A stretch of DNA of 41,245 nt from a virus (IMGVR_UViG_3300033406_000399:1-41245), one strand, 5' to 3'; positions 25,345 through 36,205 are shown, numbered from the stretch's first letter. Notes: a model not told the origin generated them from the sequence alone. Numbers and translations: made by a program.

Positions 25345-25771
25345 TGTCAGACAAGCAAACTTAGATGATGTTGACTATATAGGCGCGAGAATGCGTGGCG
25401 AAGACGTAGAAGAGTGTTTGGCTATTGCAAATATGAATGGTCAAGACGCTCTTTTTATGTCTTATGCGTCTTCCTGTGAAAGCTGGGTTGCAGAAGTAAA
25501 CGGCGAGATCGTCTGTATATATGGCGTGGTTAAACCTAATTCATTATGGATGCTGTTTGTTTGCGGTATTGATCAATTACCAATGTCATTTTTTCGTGAA
25601 AGCCGGATTCAATTAACTAGCCTGTTGGACAGATACGGCGTACTTGGCAACTATACGGCGGCTAACAATACCTTTATTTTAAAGTGGCTTACATGGCTTG
25701 GTTTTAGTATTGGCCCAGAGGAAGTATATAACGGCGTATCAATACGGAGATTCAGAAAGGAGGCGGCGTAA
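25337..25771 (+). CDS. T7 gp13-like (GNAT-fold) virion assembly protein
   Basis: MR.ED..E...N....KWL.WLGF; position after the nozzle. Confidence 0.75.
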   Translation: MVNVRQANLDDVDYIGARMRGEDVEECLAIANMNGQDALFMSYASSCESWVAEVNGEIVCIYGVVKPNSLWMLFVCGIDQLPMSFFRESRIQLTSLLDRYGVLGNYTAANNTFILKWLTWLGFSIGPEEVYNGVSIRRFRKEAA

Positions 25772-26317
25772 ATGTGTGTAGCTGCGGCAACGATAGCCTC
25801 ATCATTAGTTAGTGCAGTTGCTGGAGTACAGTCGGCGAAATCTCAATCATCGGCGTATGCCCAACAGGCTAAAATAGCTGAAAATAATGCGGCAAGGGCA
25901 GAGAGCCAAGCCGCCAATGTTGCAAGGTCGGGTGCGGATCAGGAACAGCAGATTAGAAAACAAGGCAATGCAATGATGGGCAAACAGACTGCAATGTACG
26001 GCGCTTCTAATATTGATACAAATTCCGGCAGCGCACAGGATGTAATACAGTCTACCGACTATGAAAATCTAATGGACGCGCTAACTGTTCGCCACAATAC
26101 TGCCAATTCCGTATACGGACTGGAAACAGAGGCACAGAGCGACCGTAGTCAAGCGTCAGCGTATCGAACAGCAGCGTCAAATGCTACTAAGGCCGGATGG
26201 CTGAACGCTGGAACAAGTCTACTCACTGGGGCTACTACATTGGCTAGTGAATACAACAAATATCAATCAACAGGCGGAACGGGATCACTGTGGGGCAAAT
26301 GGACATATAAGAAATGA
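25772..26317 (+). CDS. small ejection protein (gp14-like)
   Basis: MC start, Ala/Ser/Gly rich, G.Q.A.YGA...D...GSA. Confidence 0.8.
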   Translation: MCVAAATIASSLVSAVAGVQSAKSQSSAYAQQAKIAENNAARAESQAANVARSGADQEQQIRKQGNAMMGKQTAMYGASNIDTNSGSAQDVIQSTDYENLMDALTVRHNTANSVYGLETEAQSDRSQASAYRTAASNATKAGWLNAGTSLLTGATTLASEYNKYQSTGGTGSLWGKWTYKK

Positions 26318-26327
26318 GGTGATTTAA

Positions 26328-27899
26328 TTGCCTGTAGTACCACGTTATCAACGACAAGTTAATTTACAAACTCCAACAATCCGCGAGCCAGCCATGGATG
26401 TAAAGCAGCTTAATATAGGTGCTGTTAATGATGCAGCACAGGGCTTTGCAAAGGCAGCTATGGGGCTTGGACAAGAACTGAATAATGAACGGGTTGAGCA
26501 GCAACACCAAGATAATTTGAGCTTTGTACAAGGATTGACTTACGGCTTTTTAAAGGATGCAAATGGGCTACAGAATCAAATTGCTAATTTAAAAGGTCAG
26601 GACGCAGTTACTACTGTTAAAAATGATCCTAATGCGCCGCCAGGATTGGAAAGCACGATTATTTCTCCTGGTGCTGGATGGCAAGCAGAAGATGGAGTTA
26701 AAAAACTTGCGGCTGATACTCTAAATAAGTGTACTAATGATGATCAAAAGAGAATGCTTTCAAGTGTTCTCTTAAATCATGTAGCTACAATTACTAATTT
26801 TGGCGCTGACCATGAATCAAAACAAAAAGAGGTAATGTGGCAGAACAATAATAGTTTGGCAACAGATGAAGCAACTAATGCAGCATATATGAGTTTTAAT
26901 TTGTTAGATAAGAATAAACCGGACTGGCAGTCTGCTAACCAAAACGTAATTAATTGTTTAGGATTAGTTGATTTAAAAAGCCAACATGATGGAATCACCG
27001 GAGATGCAGCCGCCTACAATAAATCGGTTTACATGCAAAAAGCATTAGGCCAGTACATTACTGATACGATTAAAACCGACCCAGAAAGGGCGGTTATGGT
27101 TTATAACCAGTACAAGGATAAACTTTCGCCTGAAATGCAAATGGGGATAGAATCAAAAATGCACCCTTCTATCGTAGCCTATAACGCACAGAAAATATCT
27201 GATGATCTAATTACTCGATTTGGCCGTGATGAAATGGGGGCATTGGCTACATTGAATCAAGAGCATAAAGATGATCCTGATTTACCGCAATACAGAAAAA
27301 TCTACGCTTCAAATATGACAACTTACCGTGTTGCATATAACCAACAAAGGGAAGATTTAAGAAACAGTGTAGCAGAAAAAATGCTGCTATGCGGTGATGA
27401 TACTAGTCAAATGTATAGTGTTTTACATACTTCTGGATTATCAAAGGTTGATCAAGATACATTAGAAACAAAATATATAAAACCAAAGATTAAAACTCAA
27501 AATAAAATTGCAAGTGGAAAAGCAAATTATACTCCAGAACAAAAATTTTGGATCGGGTATGGGAAAAATGGTGGACATATAAACAATGCGCGGCTATGCC
27601 AAGAATATTACACCAGAATACAAGATGGAGAAGATATTTCTGATGCTGAACAAAAAAAATATGACAAAGCTGCGTACTATGAAAATGGATATAACGCATT
27701 TTTAGGAAATAAAGGCTACGAAATACAAGATAAAAACGAGCAAGCACAAGAACAACCGCAGTTAACCGAGGGACAAAAACTTTGGTACAAAACCTATTAT
27801 ACTGCCTATCAAAAGTTTGTTGACAATGGTATGACACCAGAAAAGGCCCGGCAAAAGGCTGAGCAATGTACGAATGATTTATCGAATGAGAGGTACTAA
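26328..27899 (+). CDS. middle ejection protein (gp15-like)
   Basis: MP.VP.Y..QV start, helical, positional. Confidence 0.7.
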   Translation: MPVVPRYQRQVNLQTPTIREPAMDVKQLNIGAVNDAAQGFAKAAMGLGQELNNERVEQQHQDNLSFVQGLTYGFLKDANGLQNQIANLKGQDAVTTVKNDPNAPPGLESTIISPGAGWQAEDGVKKLAADTLNKCTNDDQKRMLSSVLLNHVATITNFGADHESKQKEVMWQNNNSLATDEATNAAYMSFNLLDKNKPDWQSANQNVINCLGLVDLKSQHDGITGDAAAYNKSVYMQKALGQYITDTIKTDPERAVMVYNQYKDKLSPEMQMGIESKMHPSIVAYNAQKISDDLITRFGRDEMGALATLNQEHKDDPDLPQYRKIYASNMTTYRVAYNQQREDLRNSVAEKMLLCGDDTSQMYSVLHTSGLSKVDQDTLETKYIKPKIKTQNKIASGKANYTPEQKFWIGYGKNGGHINNARLCQEYYTRIQDGEDISDAEQKKYDKAAYYENGYNAFLGNKGYEIQDKNEQAQEQPQLTEGQKLWYKTYYTAYQKFVDNGMTPEKARQKAEQCTNDLSNERY

Positions 27900-27902
27900 A
27901 GT

Positions 27903-30900
27903 ATGGGAGCATGGGACTATATAACTGGTGCGTTTGATAGTGCTGAAAATGTCGTAAAAAAGGGTCTTGATTATTTATCTAGTGGTTATTCTCAGAAGGC
28001 ATTTGAAGATACCAATTATGCTAATCATGTTATGGGCTATAGAGAGGCTACTCCGGAGCAGGAACAGGCATTAACGGAAGTGCAAACAGGCGAAAATCCT
28101 GATGCTAATTATTATTATGCACCACCTGAAACAATTGACGAAAAAATTGATAGGTGGATGAAAAATGACCAGGATTCATTTGTAAACAATGTAAAAGAAG
28201 CTGCAAGTCATACTATGAGTTATTTGGAGCAAAACCCATATGCGGCAATTACCGGGGAAAGAGTTCCGTCAAACCCGCAAACAGCAGTTAATACATTAAA
28301 GATAGTGCATGACTTTGCTGTGGGTGCGAGACAAAGTTATGGCGAATTGCAAAGAACTACAGACGATCTGGATAAAGTTGCATATCATGATGATGAGACA
28401 GGGACATATATACCTAAAACCGGATATACACAAAATGACGTAGACTTTGCCGTTAAACAGCGTAATCAGGCGCTTAAAACATTTCGTTATGAAACTATTT
28501 ATCGGGTAATTCCTCCGGCTGGAATATTCGAGAACGCAATGGATTCTTACTCATCAGGAGGACTAGGCAAAGTTGGGCGCGACTTAACATACGGTCCATT
28601 GGTTGATATAATGTCTGATCCTGATTTTCAGCAAAAATTTAATGAAAACCCCGAAGCAATGAACGCTAATGTTCTAATGGCAGGATCACAGCTAATTCCT
28701 TTGGCTGGAGTATTAGGCGGCACATTTAGCAAAGGAAAAAGATATTTTTCAATGAAAACAGCCAAAGAAGTAGGCAAAGAAACCGCTGAAAAAGAAGTAA
28801 CCCCAGGAGCTATGAGTAGTGAAGCACCTGCTGCTACTGCCACTGCTTCTATGTCAGACGCAGATATTTCGGCAAGTATTGATAGGTGGCAACGTGACCA
28901 TGATAATCCTACTCAGAATAATACATCTGCTCAACCGGGCACAGTCGATGCAGATATTCAAGACGCGTCTGCACAATACGGCGTATCACCTGCTTTAATA
29001 AGGTCTGTTATAAAGGCCGAATCTAGTTTTAACCCGGATGCAAAGTCACCTGTAGGTGCTATTGGATATATGCAGTTAATGCCGGAAACAGCGGAGGGGC
29101 TTGGTGTTGATCCGCATAACCCAAGGCAAAACATTATGGGTGGAACTAAATACCTTCGTCAGCTTTTAGATGAGTTTGACGGTGATACTGAGAAAGCGCT
29201 CGCAGCATATAACGCTGGACCAGAAGCAGTAAAAAAATATGGTGGGATACCGCCGTATAAGGAAACGCAAGCTTATGTAAGCAAGATAATGGATGACCTA
29301 AAAAATGAATCCGAAGAACGGCCTAGAATGGCAGAAAATGGCGAAGCTAATGTAAACGTATCTAACGAAGAAGAAACAGGCTCACGAGCCGCTACAGAAG
29401 ATCAGGAGTCAATTGAGTATAATAAGCCACTAACGAGTGAAGAGAAAGCGGTGGGAAAAACTCTAGGCGAAGAAAAAGCGGCAGAAATTCAAGAAGAAGG
29501 AATAAGTGAAGGGAAAACGCCAGAAAAATTTGCATTGTACGATGAAGAAAAGGATGCTGCAATAGAAAAAGAATTAAACGAAGCGATTCAAAGCGGCAAA
29601 CATCTTACCAATGATGATATAAAGGCCATTGTAAATAAGCATTATACTTCGGATATCCCTGATAATGTACAGGCCGCACTAGGAACGCCTTCGACTAAAA
29701 ATGGAACAGGTAGTGCTAAGCCAGTAACACGTGCAGAGATTAATAAGACTGTTAATGACTTGGTTACTTCCAGAACTGGCAGAATCGGCTTTGCCGGGGC
29801 AAAAGGAATATTTAAGGTTGATAAAGATGTTATCCGGTCAAGAAACTTCGGCGACTTCGATACGCAAGCACACGAGGTTGGGCATTATTTGGATAAGCAA
29901 TTAAAAATATCCGGTCATGATAGTGAATTAATTTCTGCCGCTGATAATATTTGGGGAGGCAATAAGATTTATGATAAATATACACCGGAACAGCGTAGAG
30001 CCGAAGGAATTGCCGAATTTACTCGCCAGTATCTAACCGATCCGGCGAAAGCAAAACAAAACTTCCCTGGATATTACAACGATTTTGTTGATAAGCTTGG
30101 CCAAAACAAAGATTTAGCTGTAAAAGTTCAAGATATTGGCGATAAAATGCAAAGGTGGTTTAACCAATCACCAGAAGCCAGAGGACGCGGCGGTGTGTCA
30201 TTCGGCAATGATACAGGGATATTCGATACAATAAAAGATAAGGCTACAAACGCTGCATATAAAGCATATGAGGCGTTTTTTGATGACAAGGTGGATCTGG
30301 CGCGGCAGTCGGCAGCTATCGAAAAACAAATAGGCCAAGAATTAAAGTATGAAAAAAATCCATATAAAAAGGCGCGGATGGTTCAAACGTCCGCGCTTGC
30401 GAGGGCCGAAATGCTAGTTTGGGATGATAACCCAACTTTAGTACGAGACACTCTTAATAAGATATATAATAATAAACTTCGTTATGATGTCACGATGAAA
30501 GAAATATTCAATGGTCTTGACAAAAAAAATCTAGATGGAAAATATCCTGGTTACCTGCAAAACGGTAACTTTAAAAATTGGCATGAAGCACTCAGCACTT
30601 TATTGACAGCCAAAAAGCAATTAGAAAATTATAAGGTTAAAACTTTAGATGTAAGAGCAGAGTATCAAAAAGCCTACAATATAGCAAGACAAGAATTATT
30701 CAATGCTAAAGCCAATCTTGATAATGTTAGAAAGAACAAACATAATAGTTATACTCAACATCGTTTTGCTGTGCTTAAAGCAGAAGAAATTGTTGATGAA
30801 GCAACGACCAAATTTAAGCAAGCTGAGGATGCGTTGAAAAAAGCCAATAGTACAGAGTACAAAGGGCCAATGTCAAATGCTGATGCAGAAACTATTGTTA

Positions 30901-32843
30901 AAAACGCTCCAAAAGAGTTAGATGATTTAACCGAAAAAGTATACCAATACAGCGACAACCTATTAAGTATAGCTCAGGAGTGCGGCCTAATTAGTCAAAA
31001 GACAGTTGACGCATTGCACCAAAAATATAAGAACTATGTTCCAATGAGCAGAGAGTTTTCTGACGAGGCTGCAATGGAAAATACCTTTGCTACAGGTAAG
31101 AAGATTGGCAATGTATCTAATCCGCTGAAAAAGTTGACGGATGAGGGATCAACGCGAAATGTTATTGACCCGCTTGAAAACCTTATTAAAAATACTTACA
31201 CATTATTAAGCGCAGCAGAACGAAATAAGGTAGCACAAACCTTTGTTGCTTTGAGTAAGGAAAGTGGATTAGGTGAATTTGCCGAAGCTGTTTCTGGTGG
31301 TTCTGGCGATGCTAAATCCAGTATATTTACAGTAATGGTAGACGGTAAAAAGCAGGCTTTTCAAACTACTCCAGAGTTTTACCGAGCGATAATGAGCATG
31401 AATCAAGCATCAGCAAATATGTTAATTAGTATCTTTAAGCCATTTGCACAAGCGTTAAGAGTTGGGGCTACGATTTCGCCTGACTTTGTAGTTAGAAATC
31501 TTATTCGCGACACGTTAACGGCTGGTATTTACTCCGAAACAGGTTTTAAACCAGTTCTTGATACTGCAAAAGGCGTTTTATCACTTGTTAAAGATAAAGA
31601 ATTAGCTTATGAATTTAAAGCTTCTGGCGCTCCACTATCGGCCTTTGTTGGTCTTGATCGCAAAGGTGTAAATAGAATGATTGATGAAGCGGTTAACGGC
31701 AAGAACTGGGAGAACCCATTAACATATATAAGGGCGGGATATGATGGACTTAGGGAAGTATCTGAGGCGGCAGAATCAGGAACAAGGATAAGAGAATTCG
31801 AACGTGCCAGACAGCAAGGGAAGAGTATTGATGAGGCTGGACTACTTGCTAAGAATGTAACGCTTGATTTTAGCCGCGCTGGAACACTTACGCGGCAGAT
31901 TAATCAGGTAATACCTTTTTTCAATGCGGCATTACAGGGTGGAGATAGGTTTATAAGGGGAATGATTAATAACCCTAAACGAGCAATACCACTTGCATTG
32001 ATGTATATAACATTGCCAAGTATTGTTACATGGCTTATGAATCATGACAAGGATTGGTATAAAGAACTATCTGACGATATAAAGAACGGATGTTGGCTGC
32101 TTGAACACAATGGGACAATTATTCGTGTTCCGAAACCGTTCGAACCGGGAATATTCTTTGGTTCTGCTGTAGAAAGGGCATTAGATAAAGCATACGGTGA
32201 AGACCCAAAAGCAGTGGAGAAATGGGTATCATATGCAGCACAAGGTTTTGCACCTAATGTTATTCCTACACTTGTAGGTCCAATAATTGAGTGGATGACT
32301 AATTACAGTTTCTTTACTGGTAAATCTGTAGTGGGCAAGAAAGAACAACGTTTACCTGATGAATACCAATTCAATGACTATACTTCAGAAGCAGCTAAGA
32401 AATTAGGAAGAGCAACTGGATTATCTCCTGAAAAAATTGATAATACGATAAATGGTTATTTAGGCAGTGCAGGTAAATTCTTTGTTGGGTTAGGTGATAC
32501 GTTCATAGGCGACAAAAAAGAAATGCCCGCGAAAAACTGGAACGAGATTCCAGGAGTTCGTGGGCTTACTTATACATCGTTTAAAAATTCTAACTCTGTT
32601 AATGAGTTTTACGAAAAACTTGATGAAATGGAAAAGAACCATGCTGCTACGGGTAAAAAAGGTATAGTACCAGCAGACTTAAAGAAATTCCGTACTGCTG
32701 AACAGACTATAAAGGATTTGCATAAAGAAAATAGAGGTATTACAAGCAACGTCAATTTATCGGCAGAGCAAAAACGGCAAAAGATTGATACTAACAACGC
32801 TAAAATATTACAACTAGCTAAGAAGGCACTGGGGAAAAATTAA
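27903..32843 (+). CDS. large ejection/polyvalent protein with SLT transglycosylase, HExxH motif and LPD38-like C-terminus
   Basis: AESSFNP.A.S..GA.G.MQLMP.TA, ALAAYNAGP; AHEVGH; DFSRAG..IPFFNA..QG; PKPFE.G; N.SFF.G. Confidence 0.9.
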   Translation: MGAWDYITGAFDSAENVVKKGLDYLSSGYSQKAFEDTNYANHVMGYREATPEQEQALTEVQTGENPDANYYYAPPETIDEKIDRWMKNDQDSFVNNVKEAASHTMSYLEQNPYAAITGERVPSNPQTAVNTLKIVHDFAVGARQSYGELQRTTDDLDKVAYHDDETGTYIPKTGYTQNDVDFAVKQRNQALKTFRYETIYRVIPPAGIFENAMDSYSSGGLGKVGRDLTYGPLVDIMSDPDFQQKFNENPEAMNANVLMAGSQLIPLAGVLGGTFSKGKRYFSMKTAKEVGKETAEKEVTPGAMSSEAPAATATASMSDADISASIDRWQRDHDNPTQNNTSAQPGTVDADIQDASAQYGVSPALIRSVIKAESSFNPDAKSPVGAIGYMQLMPETAEGLGVDPHNPRQNIMGGTKYLRQLLDEFDGDTEKALAAYNAGPEAVKKYGGIPPYKETQAYVSKIMDDLKNESEERPRMAENGEANVNVSNEEETGSRAATEDQESIEYNKPLTSEEKAVGKTLGEEKAAEIQEEGISEGKTPEKFALYDEEKDAAIEKELNEAIQSGKHLTNDDIKAIVNKHYTSDIPDNVQAALGTPSTKNGTGSAKPVTRAEINKTVNDLVTSRTGRIGFAGAKGIFKVDKDVIRSRNFGDFDTQAHEVGHYLDKQLKISGHDSELISAADNIWGGNKIYDKYTPEQRRAEGIAEFTRQYLTDPAKAKQNFPGYYNDFVDKLGQNKDLAVKVQDIGDKMQRWFNQSPEARGRGGVSFGNDTGIFDTIKDKATNAAYKAYEAFFDDKVDLARQSAAIEKQIGQELKYEKNPYKKARMVQTSALARAEMLVWDDNPTLVRDTLNKIYNNKLRYDVTMKEIFNGLDKKNLDGKYPGYLQNGNFKNWHEALSTLLTAKKQLENYKVKTLDVRAEYQKAYNIARQELFNAKANLDNVRKNKHNSYTQHRFAVLKAEEIVDEATTKFKQAEDALKKANSTEYKGPMSNADAETIVKNAPKELDDLTEKVYQYSDNLLSIAQECGLISQKTVDALHQKYKNYVPMSREFSDEAAMENTFATGKKIGNVSNPLKKLTDEGSTRNVIDPLENLIKNTYTLLSAAERNKVAQTFVALSKESGLGEFAEAVSGGSGDAKSSIFTVMVDGKKQAFQTTPEFYRAIMSMNQASANMLISIFKPFAQALRVGATISPDFVVRNLIRDTLTAGIYSETGFKPVLDTAKGVLSLVKDKELAYEFKASGAPLSAFVGLDRKGVNRMIDEAVNGKNWENPLTYIRAGYDGLREVSEAAESGTRIREFERARQQGKSIDEAGLLAKNVTLDFSRAGTLTRQINQVIPFFNAALQGGDRFIRGMINNPKRAIPLALMYITLPSIVTWLMNHDKDWYKELSDDIKNGCWLLEHNGTIIRVPKPFEPGIFFGSAVERALDKAYGEDPKAVEKWVSYAAQGFAPNVIPTLVGPIIEWMTNYSFFTGKSVVGKKEQRLPDEYQFNDYTSEAAKKLGRATGLSPEKIDNTINGYLGSAGKFFVGLGDTFIGDKKEMPAKNWNEIPGVRGLTYTSFKNSNSVNEFYEKLDEMEKNHAATGKKGIVPADLKKFRTAEQTIKDLHKENRGITSNVNLSAEQKRQKIDTNNAKILQLAKKALGKN

Positions 32844-33043
32844 TCTAGCATACCATGACTTCCGTGACCGCCCAATAAACCGCCGACTATTATCAATATG
32901 AGAATCGCGAAAAATACTAATACATTTAAAGTTCCGTGCTTATGAAATGCATCTTCAAAACCTGTTACAATAGCGCCGATTAATCCAACCGCCATAAATA
33001 TGCCAAGTATGTAACAAATAAACGTCCATACAGTTTCAAGCAT
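32840..33043 (-). CDS. small two-TM antisense protein, superinfection-exclusion candidate
   Basis: AAGGGG RBS before MLETVWTF; two hydrophobic helices. Confidence 0.7.
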   Translation of the reverse strand: MLETVWTFICYILGIFMAVGLIGAIVTGFEDAFHKHGTLNVLVFFAILILIIVGGLLGGHGSHGMLD

Positions 33044-33058
33044 ATAACTTCCCCTTTC

Positions 33059-33090
33059 AAGGAGTGGCACTCGCTACTCCTTTTTATTTT
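33059..33090 (+). terminator. intrinsic terminator
   Basis: AAGGAGTGGC/GCTACTCCTT stem followed by T tract. Confidence 0.7.
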
Positions 33091-33118
33091 ATCCAAAAAA
33101 GTTAAGGAGATGTATAAA

Positions 33119-33289
33119 ATGGGAAATAAGGCAGAAAAAATTGACAAGCTATTAGATGATTTAATTGATTTGAATACTAACTTAGTTGAGCAATTGAAAG
33201 GTCAACATATTAACTATATTACTCCTGATATGGTACGTGAAATTAGAGAAAATACCCAGGCTATTTACCAGATAGTTTTTAACCGTTAA
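33119..33289 (+). CDS. 56-aa hypothetical protein
   Basis: AAGGAG RBS; MGNKAEKIDKLLDDLIDLN... (read manually). Confidence 0.65.
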   Translation: MGNKAEKIDKLLDDLIDLNTNLVEQLKGQHINYITPDMVREIRENTQAIYQIVFNR

Positions 33290-33468
33290 TCGCTATTAGT
33301 AATTAATTTATAAATTAATTTGTAAGCTCTAGCCGTTTCGTTGATTATACATTGATTAATTTGCTCGCATGATGATTTGTTAACTCTTAGATTGTAATCG
33401 TCAAAACTTAAATGCCCTTTTTCTATAAGCGAAACAAGTATATCCTTTGCAATTTCCTTATCATCCAT
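33286..33468 (-). CDS. 60-aa hypothetical moron protein
   Basis: AAGGATGA RBS; upstream CAGGGTTT...GTCGAA sigmaH-like promoter (33529..33505). Confidence 0.7.
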   Translation of the reverse strand: MDDKEIAKDILVSLIEKGHLSFDDYNLRVNKSSCEQINQCIINETARAYKLIYKLITNSD

Positions 33469-33557
33469 TAAATCATCCTTTCCAGCCTGGGCGCATATTC
33501 AATTTTCGACATTTGGAAGAAAAACCCTGTAATTTTTATCCAAAAAGGAGGGATTAC

Positions 33558-35888
33558 ATGACAGTATCAAACACCGTGACAAAAAATACTTATACCTGTA
33601 ACAGCGCTACATATGTATTTGCATATACCTTTGATATTACAGAGTCCAGCGATATTCATCTTTACCAGACGTATGATGGTACAACAACCGAGATAACAAG
33701 TGGCTTCACGGTTGACACTACAAATAAGGAAGTCACATACTCAGCAGCGGCAAGCCTTGACAGTAACTATACTATAACGCTGGCAAGAGAAATTGGCCTA
33801 ACGCAAAGTATCAGTCTTCAGAATCAAGGTGAATACTTTGCTAAAACGCACGAAGGCGAATTTGATAAGCTGACAATGATTAACCAACAACAGCAGGAGA
33901 CATTAGACAGGAGCTTAAAGGCTCCTGTTTCTGTTGATACGTCAACCGTTGATATGACACTTCCTACGCCAACGGCGGGGAAGACGATCAAATGGAACTC
34001 TACTGCTACAGGTTGGGAATTAGCGAGTGACCCTGATGTTGCAGCAACGGCAGCGGCTACAAGCGAATCTAACGCCGCGACAAGTGAATCTAATGCAGAA
34101 AAATATGCGGCAAATGCCAAGAACAGTGAAGAGAATGCGGCAACGTATGAAGAAGAAGCAAAAGCTCATGCAGAGGCATCGGCGGCGGCTGATGTATCCG
34201 GGCTAACTAACTACACTGGGACAGCGAAACTTGCAGATATAAAAGCAAAAGGGCCACTGGTTGATATTCGGGCTTTTGGTTGTGTTGGGGATGGGACAAC
34301 AGATGATACTGAGGATTTTTTATTAGCGGCAAGTTATGTGTTGGAGAATAGTTTGGGGCTGCTTATTCCAGCAGGGCATACATTTTTATTATCTTCTGCA
34401 CTTACTGCGGATTATATAAATGGATTAGTAATCGTCGGTCAAGGGCCAACTTCAATACTATACTTTAGTGGTGATATTAACTGCTTTGATATGACGAATG
34501 TTGTAAACGCAGATGTTTCTAATTTAAAAATACAAGTTGATACCACTAATACATCAAGTATTTTTTATCTTTATGGCACTACAACAAGTATAATAAAAAA
34601 TAAGTTTAGAGATATAATCGTTGATACTACAACCTCAGCAATAGGAAACTACACAGGGTTTTATCTATATAGCTCATCCAAGGGCGTTTGGAATAACAGT
34701 TTTAATAATTTACAGATAAGAAACTCACTTTACGGTGTTAAATGCGAAATTGCAGCCTCGTCTTCGGCTTGGATAACTGCAAACGAGTTTAATAATATCA
34801 ATATTATTGGAATTGGAGATAGTGGGATAGGTTTTTATATAACAAGAGCCAGCACTACTAAAGGCCAAATTTCTAATATAGCAGTAAATAATCTGCTTAT
34901 ACAAGATACAAACTCTAGCGATACTGGGACGCGCTACGGAATCTATTTGGCTGGATGGGGACATTCATTTACAAATGTTAATATGCATGATGATAGCTCT
35001 ACAGGTACATTTAAACAGGTTGGCGGTAGCGCGAGCGGGACTACAATACAATTTGCTTCTGCTGAAGGAGATTGTACTTTTCAAGATTTAACGGCTGCAA
35101 ACATCAGCGGAATGGCAATACAAAATCAGAACGTTGATAATGTTCCGCAATTTTTAGCATTTATCCAATCGCCTCAAAATCAAATACTAAATCCTCAATT
35201 TAAATATGGTACGGATAAATGGGATACAAAAGATTGCACAGATACAGTGACAAGTGATACAACATCACCGGCTGGCAACATGGTAGCTTTGTCTAAAAGC
35301 GTTACAACAAGAGGCCATTTCTATCAAACTGCTATTAATCCATATTACTTACGCGGTATGACTGTGACTTTCTTTGCCGAAGTTGCTACAAGTACAGATA
35401 ATTCTTTATTGCTGTATGTAAGTGATTACACTACATCTTCTACTACTGAAAATAATGCCGAAGTAAGCGGTTATCTTACTGGTGATGGGGTAAGGCGAAT
35501 AGTCTCAAGAACTTTTACTGTTTCAAGCACAGCTACAAAAGTAATTTTTGGCATAGCTTTAGACGGAGATACAGACGCTACAGCAGATGTATATTGGGCT
35601 AGTGTAGTTATAGGCTGTGCAGCACCATTACAACCTATTGGCGAACCGAATTTTAAAGACCGTTCAAAAGGTACGATTACTGTAACAGCTACTTCAACAT
35701 CAGTTACATTTTCGCATGGTTGCGCTGTTACCCCGACTGCCGCAGATTTTCATATTGTGCCAACTTCTTCGCTAGGTAGTGCCTCTTATTATTATATAAG
35801 TTCCGTTACGTCAAGTAGTGCGACATTAGCTCTTGACGCGGCTCCTGCTTCAGTCGTGACCTTTGAATATAAATGCCATGTAAATTAA
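33558..35888 (+). CDS. tailspike/tail fibre with predicted beta-helix
   Basis: T7-fibre-like N-terminus (HE.EFDKLTM..QQ), AATSE.NA linker, FGCVGDG.TDDT, Asn/Ile-rich repeats, C-terminal beta-sandwiches; start at MTVSNT after AAGGAGG. Confidence 0.88.
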   Translation: MTVSNTVTKNTYTCNSATYVFAYTFDITESSDIHLYQTYDGTTTEITSGFTVDTTNKEVTYSAAASLDSNYTITLAREIGLTQSISLQNQGEYFAKTHEGEFDKLTMINQQQQETLDRSLKAPVSVDTSTVDMTLPTPTAGKTIKWNSTATGWELASDPDVAATAAATSESNAATSESNAEKYAANAKNSEENAATYEEEAKAHAEASAAADVSGLTNYTGTAKLADIKAKGPLVDIRAFGCVGDGTTDDTEDFLLAASYVLENSLGLLIPAGHTFLLSSALTADYINGLVIVGQGPTSILYFSGDINCFDMTNVVNADVSNLKIQVDTTNTSSIFYLYGTTTSIIKNKFRDIIVDTTTSAIGNYTGFYLYSSSKGVWNNSFNNLQIRNSLYGVKCEIAASSSAWITANEFNNINIIGIGDSGIGFYITRASTTKGQISNIAVNNLLIQDTNSSDTGTRYGIYLAGWGHSFTNVNMHDDSSTGTFKQVGGSASGTTIQFASAEGDCTFQDLTAANISGMAIQNQNVDNVPQFLAFIQSPQNQILNPQFKYGTDKWDTKDCTDTVTSDTTSPAGNMVALSKSVTTRGHFYQTAINPYYLRGMTVTFFAEVATSTDNSLLLYVSDYTTSSTTENNAEVSGYLTGDGVRRIVSRTFTVSSTATKVIFGIALDGDTDATADVYWASVVIGCAAPLQPIGEPNFKDRSKGTITVTATSTSVTFSHGCAVTPTAADFHIVPTSSLGSASYYYISSVTSSSATLALDAAPASVVTFEYKCHVN

Positions 35889-35902
35889 AGGAGGGTGAGT
35901 TT

Positions 35903-36205
35903 ATGGGATTACAAAAAACGTTAACGCTGGATTCTGGTTTATCAGCTACAGATGCCTATATAAAAATAAGTGATTATGTAGGCAATAAGTCGAGTGTTAC
36001 TTATGATGTTAAGGCGTGGGTATCAAAAACGGCTGCTGATACTACGACAACGCCATGTATTTGGCAACAGTTTTTCACGACTAGCTATGATCTGACTAGC
36101 ACAACAAATATATTAAAGTTTGGCTATGCGTATATTAAAACTACCGATGATTTAAGCGATGCAACAGATGTGTTAGATACGACGACTACAACGACAACGA
36201 GTTAA
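35903..36205 (+). CDS. tail fibre-associated small protein
   Basis: AAGGAGG RBS; AY.KI...Y.YIKT.......DV pattern. Confidence 0.7.
   Translation: MGLQKTLTLDSGLSATDAYIKISDYVGNKSSVTYDVKAWVSKTAADTTTTPCIWQQFFTTSYDLTSTTNILKFGYAYIKTTDDLSDATDVLDTTTTTTTS

Noticed and set aside
33447-33557. Longer N-terminus of the tailspike as given in the ORF track
   Set aside because: Strong AAGGAGG RBS supports ATG 33558; upstream sequence holds the promoter of the opposite gene
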